In this document: positions 34,630 through 45,740 of the stretch, piece after piece | Layout: every line of letters starts with the position of its first letter | How positions within the stretch are numbered: the stretch's first letter is position 1 | Source: Chromera velia | Lineage: Eukaryota | DNA: 45,740 nt | Direction of reading: 5' to 3' | Assembly: GCA_018398765.1 (NCBI GenBank) | Contig: JAHBMJ010000527.1 | Coordinates: forward strand, 1 to 45,740 | Made by a program: the position numbers and the translations under genes | Notes under the pieces: model-generated | The model's database searches: none | What the model saw: only the letters and a program-made list of their open reading frames with translations | What the model was told of the DNA's origin: nothing

Positions 34630-35546
34630 TGCTGCAGATTTGTGTCTGCAGCCACTTGTTCCGTTGGAAAATGAGTAACACTTCTGTGTTTTCAGGCACG
34701 TCCCTCCGTCCTACGAATGGGACAGAAAGCCTTCGGAGGAAGGAGACGGCACCCGTTGTCATGCACTCGAATCATGCAGAGTGCAGACATGCCGACTGAC
34801 ATGAGTTAATCTTCATGCTAAGAGGCACAGAAACCATTGTTACACGTTTGTCTGATGCACTGCATGCAAAGGCAATGAAACAGTCGCCATCGAGACAAAT
34901 GCATGATCGTTTCGAAATTCCTTGCAGTGCATGCGAAAAAAAAAAACTCAAAAACCGAAGCGCTATACTTCGCGTGCATCACATGAGTGCGCCCACATCG
35001 TGCATCCTGGAACAATGCATGCGTGCATGCATGCATGCGCGCGCGCACGCAGTTTTGTCAATCAAGAGAATTGCATGACCGGGAGACGGCTTGCCAAACT
35101 TCGTGTCTCTTGAACGGAGATTCCTGCTTGGACTCAACTTGCATCAACTTGCCTTTTTCCCGCACTGGCCTTCCCGTCATTTCCTGTTTGGACGCACTAC
35201 ATCGCCACCCCGTCTTAATTCCAGTCCCCCCAGCTCCAATTTGCTTTTCGAGTTCGTCGACCCTCGAACGCCTGCTGCATGAATGCAGGTGTTTCCCTTC
35301 GGCCTCTGATAGAATTCAAACCGACAACGTCAATAGGAACGGGACAACCGTACCCCGAGACCCGCTCCCCGGTCGGGCATCTTCGTATCATATTTTTCAT
35401 TCCAGAAGCTAACGGCACACTGCCCGCCATGATCCGAGGTCTTCACCATCCAGGGTGTCAAAGTTAATCGGAGGAACGAACAACACAAACCAGCTCGGAA
35501 GGGAGACAGGAGGACGACTGAGACAAGCAGACATCATTGGGAGGGG

Positions 35547-36997
35547 ATGAACATGACAGCGTGTAATTACAGAGTCGATCAGTTGTTGCGGAAGCAGGAG
35601 GCAGCTCAGCAATCACGGATGCAGGCAAACTTCGACATGTCCAAGCTGACCTCGGCAGAGACGAAAATTCTCAACGAGAGGTGTCCGTCGTGTGACGTGC
35701 ATATCGGCAAACATGAACCTGCACCACCCATTCCTTACCCTCGTGAGTCACTCCCTGTCTTTTTCTTATTTGCACCAAAGGCATCGTCTCGCGAAACTTG
35801 CTTCTTCTTGGCTGGCCTCCTCGCAGCCTTCCCTTGAGTCTCGCATCTCCTAGGTTTGTCCCGTCTCTCTCTTCCGAGCCGTCTCCTGCTTAATTCTGTT
35901 GATCTCTTGAATTTTGCTCTTTTTTGAAGAAAGCAGCACCCTCTTTCAGTCTTTGACGCTCTGTCAGAATTCTCTGCTATCTCTACGATGTGTTCCGTCG
36001 AAGTGCCCTCTCTGCCCCGTGCCCGGTCCTGTCTCTTTCTTTTCTCATATGTCACCCCTGCCCCCTAGTGTTCGAATTTCCCTCCCTTTTTCTGTGTTTC
36101 CGTGCTCTTCTCTTTTCTTCTTGTATTTCTCCTCCCTTCCTCGCCCCTGCTCTTCTCTCTCCTTTTCTCCTCTCCCCTCCTTCTGCTCCACTTTTCTTCT
36201 CTCTCCTCCGTCCTCTTTTCTCTTCCCTTGTTTTTCTTTCCTCCGCAGTTATTCCTCTACGCGTGTCTCCTTGCTGAACGTCTTTTCCTGTATGTTTTGT
36301 CTTCTTCCTGTCACCCTCTATTCTGTTCCTCGTCATTTCTTGTCTAGAGTTCTCTTCAACCTTGCATGCATTGCAGCATCCCTCTGAGTCAGGAAAAATG
36401 GAGATAAAGCGTGCTGATCTGTTCCTCTGGTGGTCCTTGCCTTCTTGCTGTATTACTTTTCTCCCCGCCCTTCCTCCCCTCACATGGCCCCTGCATGTGC
36501 TCTTTCTCTCTCTCCGTCTGTGCGCTTATCCGTTTCTGTCTCTTTTCTATCTGCAGCTCTGGGCATACCCTCGGGACTTCCAATGATGGTCAGTCGGTCG
36601 GTGTGGCGTGCATGTAGAGAGGGGGGGTGCAAAACAACTCGGGTGGCTTGTCAACAAGTCAAATTTTTGAGTGAAATGTGGACGGTTGAATCAAGCAAGC
36701 AACGGTGGACAGAAGGAAAGAAGCGACGGGCGGGTAATGAAGAGAATGGAGAGAGGAATAGAAGTGAAATTCAATCCTCTTCCTTTCTGTCCTCTCCGAG
36801 GATGATGTTTCTTTTAGTATGCCGTCACGCAAAGTATTTCGTTCATACTTACATGTACTTGCATGCAGGGAGTGGAGGGTCCCCCCTTTCCCCGAATTCT
36901 TCAGCCACCCGGACAGGGGGGGAGAAGGGGAGAGGACGGTAGCGCTGGAGGAGATGGCGGCCAGAGATGGGGGGCTGGACAGGGACACGAACAGTAG
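35547..36997 (+). CDS. Possible small three-exon hypothetical protein with a CPSC...H motif
   Basis: Exon ~35547-35742 ends at a GTGAGT donor. Exon ~36557-36588 lies between a ctgcag acceptor and a GTCAGT donor. Exon 36869-36997 follows a tgcag acceptor and ends in TAG. Phases are compatible and intron 1 is pyrimidine-rich. No family was recognised. Confidence 0.4.
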
Positions 36998-37369
36998 CCC
37001 CATGCTTGTCCACTGGTTGATTGAATGGCTTACTGGCGGACTGGCTGGTTGGAGAGGTATGCGCGATCGGCGCTTGCCTCTGCGTTTCCGTCTCTCGTTC
37101 AAAAAGGAAAGAAAGACGTTTGTTTCAGTAAAGACAATTGAAGGGAAGCCGGGAGAAAAAAAGAAAAGAATTGTCTCCTGCAAGAGGAAAGTCAATCTGG
37201 TTGAAGGACCGGAAAAGGAAAGACTTGTTAGGGCGGCGTCTTCTCATCTTCGCAACTTACACTTAGACCCAAAACGAGCGTGCAGTTGCATGCCCGAAAT
37301 TATATTATTCTCATTCTCTTCTTTCTTTCTTTCTTTCTTTCTTTTCTTCCTTCCTTCCTTCCTTCCTTC

Positions 37370-37402
<33 letters not shown>

Positions 37403-37659
37403 TTTCTTTGTCTCTTTCGTCGACTGCCAATCGAGTTTCCTTCTGAATTAACGCTTCGTCGCTTGCTTCCTGTACATGCAATCCAAGCCCGCAAAGCTTC
37501 TAAGGAGATGAACAAAGATTGTCGCCTCAGCCATAGATGGATTGATGGATGGGCGCAAGCAAGTCTGCCTCTCAGAGAATGACGTACGCGTACCATTGTA
37601 CTACTGCGGACTGCTTGATCATCACAGAAAAGACGGTCGATCAAGTTTATTGGTGGACG

Positions 37660-37886
37660 AGGGAAAAAACTGGGTGGTACGATTGGGCAGGGGGGTGGAG
37701 GGGTATGGTGGGCGTGGTTGGGGTTTGGGTTGGGTTGCTCCTCTCTTCGCTGTGACATGTCTTGAATGCATTTGGACAGCCCTTCGCCGTTGGGGTTGCT
37801 GATGGGTAGAACCGGTCCGGGGGGGAAAACTGGGTGCGGGGGTGGAGGGGTATGGTGGGTGTGGTTGGGGTTGGGGTTTACTCTTC
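37660..37886 (+). repeat. Two imperfect copies of a G-rich ~65-85 bp unit
   Basis: AAAACTGGGTG...GGGGGTGGAGGGGTATGGTGGG(C/T)GTGGTTGGGGTT occurs at ~37666-37730 and ~37826-37880. Confidence 0.8.
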
Positions 37887-40005
37887 TGGGGCTGCTCTTA
37901 GCTTCGCAATGTGAGATGGCTGCCCCGGGTTGATTATTCCGGTTTAGTTGCAAAATCGTCATCAGCACTGATCAACATTATATTCTGTGGGGTGTAGAGC
38001 CGAGGAGGAGAGAGAGGAGGGTACAGAGAGGAGGCCAGCAACAATGGACAGTCGGACACTCAGACCCGGAGGGCGGATCACAGCGTTCCTTACACAAAAG
38101 AAGAAGAGTGCCGGGAAGAAAACTCCAAGGCCACAGAGGGGGCAGAAGATGTACTCACAGAGAACATGTGCGGAAGTGGAGACCGTAAAAATTCCGTCCG
38201 GTGGGAAGACATCCTCAGTCAAATAAATAAAGAAATATTCAAGCCCTGCCAGTGCTGAGGCACCAACGTACATTCTTTAATTTTTTTTCTTTTAAGTTTT
38301 TAAAGTTTTGTAATTATTTAAATTTCTTTATTTTTTTAATCCGATTCATTGTTTTTTTTTTTTTCGAAGATATTTCGAATTCACAGTTCTTTCATATAAA
38401 TGCCGACCTTTGATCGATACTTTGCTGGATACTTTGTCTTCGATGTATTTTGACATATTTTGAGGTGCAGTCACGTGTGACGTGTAGAAAAAACGTTTAT
38501 TTAGAATTTTACTAGTTTTTATAGATTTGGAATTGTTAAGTTTTCTTAATTTGTTTTTTTGTATTACTTCGATTCTCTGAGTCTCCGAATAATCGAACCT
38601 AATCGAACACTTTAACGTATAGTTCAAGTTTGTAATAGCTTGATCAATTAAGCTAGCAATTGAGTACACATGACTGGGCTGTAGTAGGCCATAGTAGGAT
38701 GTCACCTGGATGTAGTATCACCTAAAGTAATAGACTTCTATAAAGTAAGTTTTAATCATGCATGCAGTCTATCCATGACAGTCTATGCATGATTAACTCT
38801 TAGTAGTCTTCTTCTAGTGAATCTATATATATTACTTACTTACTTACTTACTTAATTGTGGTTAAGCCTAGGATTTCCGAAACTAGAGATAAATGGTAAC
38901 CCATGCATGCAGTTGTAAACAAAAACTTGACTCACTAACAAAAGGAGCAAGCCGCAGCAGCTTAGCCTGCTTTCAAATAAATATGAACAACCACGACCCT
39001 CCGCAGCCTAGGCTAAAGCTAAAAGCTGAACAACCACACATTGTTAAGACGTGCGTGCACTCATTTCAGATAAGCTTCGATCAGTGTACTTGTCTTCTTC
39101 GGTTCCCGGTCTAAAATGAATGAAACGAGCTCTCTTACTATCTCTAACATATGTCTCTTCTTCCCCGATACCTCTTCCCTCAGCTGCAACAGTCCATCTT
39201 GCTCTGCAGACCCTTTTACCGATTCCTGTTCTCTCTTTCACTCTCTTTTCTAGCAAGTGAAGTTTGGATCTAAGCTGCTCTGTTTACACGCATGCAGACA
39301 ATCAATACACCGCATCGTCGATCACCTTTTTACCTTCAACTGCATATTAGTGAATCTGTAGATAGATCTGTAGAGTTGTCTACTGTTTAATAGTGTTCAC
39401 CTTTGTTTGAAGTTGTCTTGTTTAGTTCGGTTTAGTTCAGTTAGTTGCCAATTGAGGAGCAAGTTAGAGCAAGTCTGCTCATTGGTTATCATCGGTACTC
39501 ATCGGTCTTATTGCATGGCAGTAGGACAGTGACATAGACCCGGCGGCCCGGCCGACGGGGGCCCGCTGCCAGGGCCCCTTAATTAGTATATGTACGCATT
39601 GCGTGCGTCAAATTCTTCCGGGAGGCCCCGCGGCCTTGAGACGTCTCCGAACTCATCGAAAGATCCTGAGAAGCCGCTATAAGCCGCTCCTGTCACGCTG
39701 TGGGTTACTGTCGCAGTTTCTGGGCCGCTTCGCATATTCTCTAAGCAACGTCTAAGACAGCCGAGACTCTTTCCCTCGATCGAATCCCACTCTTTCGCGA
39801 CGCAGAAGGCGAAATTCGAGAGCAAAAAGAGAGACAGAGATCAGGTGTGTTTCTGTCTGAGATTTTTCTAGAGCAAGTCATCGGGGCTTGTCTGTCGTCT
39901 CTCACCCTACATTTTTTGTGCGCAGCGCTTGCTGTCCACTTGTTGGACAGAGATTGAGGAGGGGGAAGGCGCACCAAGGAGAAGGGAAGGAAGAAGGAAA
40001 GAAAG

Positions 40006-40533
40006 ATGAAGCGAGCGGGGTCTCTTTTCCTTGTTGCCGCCCTTGTGGGGAACTCGGCTGTTGACGTGGAGGGCTTTGTGGTATCATCAAGCAGAGCAGG
40101 GGGGATGCTCGGAAGACCGCGACAAGTGAGTGGGTGTGTGGGCATGGGAAGAACACAGGAATGAGAAGGGGCATCAGTCGGCCTTCATGCAGGAGAATCG
40201 AGATTCCCTCCTCTTGATTCACATCTGGAGTTTTGAAGCTGACTTTATGTTCTGTGATGTGAGGTGAGTTCCCTTCCTGGCTCTTGTCCTCATTCTGACG
40301 TGCCTTTGTTTGCTTTCCCTTGCTCGGAAGCAGAAAAGCGTTCGGACCCCGTTGTTGGCAGAGGAGACGGCAGACTCGACAACGGCGTCTCGGGCGGTGA
40401 GTAGGGTCGGGTGGAAGGGGAAGGGGGTAACAACCTTCTCCCTCAATCCCTGCCTCCTTCCTTCCTTGCTTCCTTTCTTCCCTTCCTTCCTTCCCTCCCT
40501 CCTTCCTTCGTTCCTTCCTTCCTTTTTTGCTTC

Positions 40534-40570
<37 letters not shown>

Positions 40571-41962
40571 CTTCCTTCCTTTCTTGCTTCTTCCTCCCTC
40601 CCTCCCTCCCTTCCTTCCTTCCTTCCTTCCTTCCTTCCTTCCCAGCAACTGCCTAGCCTTCAAAATCTGTCTTTGGATTCTATCGTTTGCACTCTCACTT
40701 TTTATTAGTTTTCATGCTGCCTATTCCCCAACAGAGAAATGCAGCACATTTCTCTCCTCATAACTCTTTCAATGTGATGTCAGTTGTTTTGCTTCGTCCC
40801 TTCAAACCCCACGCCAAGTCACCTCATCCGGATGCACTTATGCATTTCCCCGCACACTGCCAAAGCCTGTATAACAGTCAGTCCTCTTACACCTGGTTAA
40901 GCCCGATGCTCAGGAATGCGCTCTGTTCGAATGAGGCTTGCATTGCAGGAAGGCGATTTTTTCCAGAGATTTGACGACTCAGGGAAGCCCATCACGTTGA
41001 CCAAAGAGGACAAGGAAGAAATTTTCATCAACGCTCTCGAGAGCTTTTACTTCGAGAACAAACAGACGCTTTCAGATGAGGTGGGGCGCTGTCAATCCGG
41101 GACTTTTTTCTGACAAAAGTGTGGGACTCTGTTCTAACAAAAGTGTGGGACTCTGTTCTAACAAAAGTGTGGGACTCTTTTCTAACAAAAGTGCGGGACT
41201 CTTTTCTAACAAAAGCGTAGCACTCTTTTCTAACAAAAGTGTGGAGGCGATACGGCATGCACGTCTACGGTTCCTGTCCGTTGGAATGTCGCCTCGCTTT
41301 CTTTGATTCTGTAAGGCAGTGAGGGGGCGAGAGACGGCAGAGAAGGAAATGACGTGGACTCGATTTGACGTAAACTGAGGCTACTCGAGAAAAGAGAATC
41401 CAATTGTGCCCCCTCATTTTTCGGTGTGCGAACACGAAGTGCTGGGATGCAGATCGTATGACTTTTGTCTTTTCGTTATCTTCTTTTTTCCCTCCATCCT
41501 GACTGCAGGATTTTGACAACTTGAAGCAGGATCTAATGTGGGAAGGTTCCGACTTGGTGATGCTGAACAGGGACGAGACGAAGTTTCTCTCGGCTGTGCA
41601 GGCATACGCAAAGGGTGGGTCAGGCAGTCTGTCAGTCCTTGGAACGCACGTGCCTGCGCCCGCACACACGCAAAAACAGACATGGACACGCATGTGCACA
41701 AAAAAAAAGACTCCCTCTCTCTCTTTCTCTCTCGGTTTTTCGCTCTCTCTGTTTCTTTCTCTCGTGAGTAGCTTAAAGAGACGGAGGGACACAGTGAGGG
41801 AGGCAGGTAGGCAGGTGAAGAGGAGTGAGGTGGTGTCAGAACCCGTCTGATTTTGCTCTGTGTGGATGGGTGGGTGGGTGGGTGGGTGCTCGTTTCTGCA
41901 TGCCCAGTCTGCTTCTGATTTCTTTTTTTTTCCAACTTCAACTCCTCTGAGTTCCTTTCTTC

Positions 41963-41995
<33 letters not shown>

Positions 41996-42792
41996 TTCCT
42001 TCCTTTCTATCTATCTATCTGTCTTTCTTTCTTTCTTTCTTTTCTTTCTTTCTTTCTTTTCTTTCTTTCTTTCTTTCTTTCTTTTCTTTCTTTCTTTCTT
42101 TTCTTTCTTTCTTTCTTTCTTTCTTTCTGCGTGTGCTCAGGAGAGTCCCTCCTGAGCGACAAGGAGTTCGATGACTTGAAGCAGACGCTGCGGATGCAGG
42201 GGAGCCGCATCGCGACGTCCAACCAGGCCAAGTGCGTGATCGACACGGGGGTGTGCAGAATCACGTGGACAAAAGATCAAGTGCGCAACAAGGTATGTCT
42301 GTCTGTTTGTCGGTCAGGGGTTGGTTGTGTGGAGGGAATATATGGCTGGCCGCTTTGGGTACAGGAATCAGAGAGAGACGCCCCATTCATTCCAGTCCAA
42401 GTCTCTGAGCTAACCGCTCTTTTCCTAACGTGCAGGTGATTTACGTTCCGTGGTTTGCCCCTCTACTGCTGGGTTTCCTCATTGTCACTGAGTTGATCCC
42501 GGGTGTGCGGGACATCAGCCCCGCGATCCTTCTGGGTATCGGTGCCCCGCTCTCTTGGAAGGCGGCAGAGAAGGCGACGAACAACTTCTTTCTCACGGAC
42601 CCCCTCATTCTCTCGGGTCCCTGTCCTAACTGCAATCAGCCCTCCCACATATATTTTGGGGATGTTTTGGGGGTCGAGGGGTTTAAGGACACTGCCCAGA
42701 TGACGTGCAAAAACTGCAAGCACACTCTGACGGTACAGCGAGACACCTACAGAGTGGAGAGCAAACCTCCCGAAGAGGCCCCCAAGAAGTGA
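40006..42792 (+). CDS. PGRL1: PGR5-like protein 1 (thylakoid cyclic electron flow regulator), plastid-targeted, 6 exons, 309 aa
   Basis: Exons 40006-40125, 40334-40396, 40949-41080, 41509-41614, 42141-42292 and 42436-42792 total 930 nt, all GT-AG and in frame. Motifs are KEEIFINALESFY, LSDEDFDNLKQDLMWEGS, ETKFLSAVQAY, LSDKEFDDLK, a hydrophobic hairpin, LILSGPCPNC and CKNC. Confidence 0.93.
41100..41246 (+). repeat. 24-bp minisatellite (TCTAACAAAAGTGTGGGACTCT[G/T]T), about 6 copies, in PGRL1 intron 3
   Basis: Head-to-tail units with no spacers. Confidence 0.92.
41954..42128 (+). repeat. (CTTT)n pyrimidine tract before the PGRL1 exon 5 acceptor
   Basis: Directly visible. Similar tracts occur at 37318-37410 and 40455-40640. 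Confidence 0.9.
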
Positions 42793-45481
42793 GAGAGAGA
42801 CCAAAGAGGGCAACAGACAGATAGTCAGAGACAGAGCCTGACTTGGAGGATGGATGGATGGATGGGTGAGTGAGTGAATGAATAATGACATGTCTGAATG
42901 GGTGGATGGACGAATTTGTGAATGAAGAAAGTGGTCTGCTTCCTTTCTTTTGTGTGTGTATGACTCTCTGGATGGATAAGAGAAGGGGAGAAAGAGAGAG
43001 ATGTGCACCGCCCCCCTGTCTCTTTTCCCAGCCATGCACTGGGAATGAGGGAGGGCGCTTAAGTATCTGGAAAAGGGAGGAGGGAATGCTGGTCCGGTGA
43101 ATGACTTTTCGTGTCAGAGATGTTGAGGGCCTGTTTACAGATCGAAGGTGACGTGGGTGATTTTGACTTCAAATGGGTTACACAGAGAGAAAAGGAGGAG
43201 AAAGGAAAAACGGGGGAGGAGAAGAGAGTGTCTGTCGTGCTCTTTGACTCTGTCTCTACAGGGGAGGATAAAATTCATTTAATTAATTGCCTCGGGAGGA
43301 CGGCAAGGAATAAATCGGTTTCGGGAATCGGTTGTAGCAGGAAAGAAAGGAAGAAGACGGAAATGTATTTATCGATCAAAAAACGTGGGTTTCTTTCTTC
43401 TTTTTGCGTCTGCTTGCATGTGTGTGTTGCGAGGCATCTGTGTGCAGGAGGAGGGAGAGAGGGGCTTTTCCTCTCGAGAAGGAGATATTTGAAAGGAAAA
43501 AAGCGGTTCCTTCCTTCAGTCTTCCCCCCCCTCCTTCTCTTTCGTGAAGGGTCTTTTGATTTGCTTGGTCCGTGTGGACGAAGACTGACTGAAAAAGTGA
43601 CTAAGGTCTTGTTTGTGTAGATGGATGGGTACACGGAACAGACGCGCTCTCTAAGTGTCTTTCTCCCTGTCTCTGTCTCGGACACAGACGCATAAATCCA
43701 CCCAAAATCTCTTCGCTTCAATATCACATGCTGTGCCAATGCAGTCGGCAACTTGCCGTGCTGCTTGTAATTTCCCTCTCTTCCTCAGGCGCCGCTTTCT
43801 TTGTCTATCCCTCTCGTACAAATACAAACGCTGGCCGACAAGTATACAGAAACACAGACACACAAATTGATAAAAAGAGAAACGAACCGCATGCAGGTCA
43901 TCTGTTCGGCTCTTCCATCAATGAGCTTGCTACGCAACGATGATACCGTTGGATGGGTCACGCGACCTCTTCTATCTCTGCCCCGGTCTCAACCCTCCCA
44001 ATGGAATAAGGGGATGAAAAAAGGGAATGCTTGGCGCAAGCCAGTCGGCATCAATTTGGTTTTGGGAAAGAATAGAAGAATCTAGAGGAGAATAAATGTC
44101 GGATCGGTGTGCTGGCGCGCGTTTTCTGTACTTTCCTCTTTCCTGTTCGTCTTTTCCAACCTTGTTCTCTTCATTCTTTCGCCCTTCTATCTTAGTCCCT
44201 TCTTCAATTGATGCCTGCGTGAGGGCGTGTTCGTATGTGCGTCAACTCGCAATCCATTCGCACATGTATCTCTGTACTTTTGTGGGATTACTGTGTCACC
44301 GGTTTTGGTGACACGCAATCAGATTTTCAGTCGATCAATTGATCTTCAATCCGGCCATGTAATGGCGCATGCATTTGGTATGCCCACACACATGGGTCTC
44401 TTGCCATTTAAAACATGCAGACATGCAAATCGTTTTCATAAAGTGAATCATACTCAGTTGCGCACAAGAATTTGGCTAAGTCGCCACCAGAATATTGGTC
44501 CTCTGTTCACGATCGGGTCTTAATTCAATGAAATAATATATACTTTTAAACCATGCATGCAGGGTCTAGTGCAGTGTATCTAGCAGTGTATATTTTTAAA
44601 AAAGACGATGATTGATGATTAATTTTGATATGGATGACTCTAGGGATGACTCATGATGTACGTGTTGATTTTTAGTCACTAGTAGTAATTCACTTTAATT
44701 ATATCAATATAAAATAATGGTTGATTCTATGGCTAGTCTAGTGGCTAGTTCTACGGCCGATTGTTGATTTCACATATAGAACTAAAGTTATATACTAAAC
44801 ACATGACTCTGACTCAATTTCTGATTGACAGTAAGAATTGACATAAATTGTTTTTATTACATTAAAATTAATTACCTTTTAAACATGGAGTGTATACTGT
44901 GTATACGCCATTGTAACGCCAATGGTAAATGATAATTAAGATTTTTTTATCTGTGATAAATAGCGATAAGTGATCTAGTAAGTGATAGACTAGGTGATAG
45001 ATGATTTAGCAGTACTCTAGACTAGACTCTAAAACACTATAGCTGTTGCCGTTTCATCTTTTATAGGTCACCCCCGTAAACGGGGGTCATGTAATTAATG
45101 AATGCATAGTTAGATCAATAGTTTTAAAAAATAATATAAAGTCTGACCCTAAACTTTTAATTAAACTTTTAGCTAGACTTCTAGTACTAGTTCCAGTAAG
45201 CCTTTCATGACTTTATATGTATAGCTTTAGCTAAAGCTTTCTAAAGAGCTTTAGATAGGGGTCTAGATACGGGAGAGGGGGTGGCGTAGTATATAGAGAC
45301 GTGCCTAGGGGCTACGCCTTAAAGGCGTTGTATATAAAGGCATTTTGCCCTCGGGGCAGCCCCTATGGTGTTGTGTTGAATATATAAGGTCTTAGACAGC
45401 CTACACCCCTTCATTGACAAAAAATTGAGCTAAACTCACAAATAATCATATTATGCTAGTTAGATCCAGCCGAATCTAGCC

Positions 45482-45740
45482 TAGTGACCATGTTTGATTT
45501 GATTATATTTGATTTGATTTGATTTGATTTGATTTGAGCTTCAACCTCAAATATTTGATATTTGAGGTAAGATTTGAGGTTAACCTCTTAGGGTTCCTCA
45601 CTGAGTCACTGACTTACTGTCACTCTGATCATTTTTCTCATGACAATAGTTGTCAGAACATTTCTGATGTGTGTTTCAAAAATTTAAAAAAATATATATA
45701 AAATTATAACTTATCAGTTCCGTAAAAAAAATATGCCTGT
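45482..45740. mobile_element. hAT-type family B element, copy 2 (left end, truncated by the window)
   Basis: It is near-identical to 8402-8643, starting TAGTGACCATGTTTGATTT, with one ~16-bp indel near 45598-45614. Confidence 0.92.

Noticed and set aside
41100..41246. CRISPR-like array or repeat-protein ORFs (41028-41306)
   Set aside because: It is a head-to-tail 24-bp minisatellite inside a PGRL1 intron, and the ORFs are by-products.
43111..44523. Short ORFs downstream of PGRL1
   Set aside because: No motifs or coherent exon chain; probably UTR or intergenic DNA.

Overview
Intron-rich eukaryotic nuclear DNA, most likely from a photosynthetic alveolate such as a chromerid. This is inferred from a PGRL1 gene with a bipartite plastid-targeting leader, an alveolate-style PRP38 and abundant TGCATGCA motifs. 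The first ~10.6 kb is a cluster of mobile elements. It holds an intronless minus-strand ORF of at least 856 codons that the ORF track misses (gag-like, runs off the window), a hAT-type non-autonomous element, and a 5'-truncated APE+RT non-LTR retrotransposon (RTEX/RTE-like). A second hAT-type family has inserted into the 3' end of the retrotransposon and itself carries another copy of the first family, giving three nested levels. All complete DNA elements have 8-bp TSDs. The two copies of the CAGGGTT family together reconstruct a 100-codon zinc-finger-like cargo ORF. Host genes are PRP38B-like (minus), a large anoctamin/TMEM16 (minus), a possible small three-exon gene (plus) and PGRL1 (plus). 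A palindromic 34/22-bp repeat array lies at ~19.1-19.7 kb, and another copy of the TAG-type hAT element starts at the right edge.
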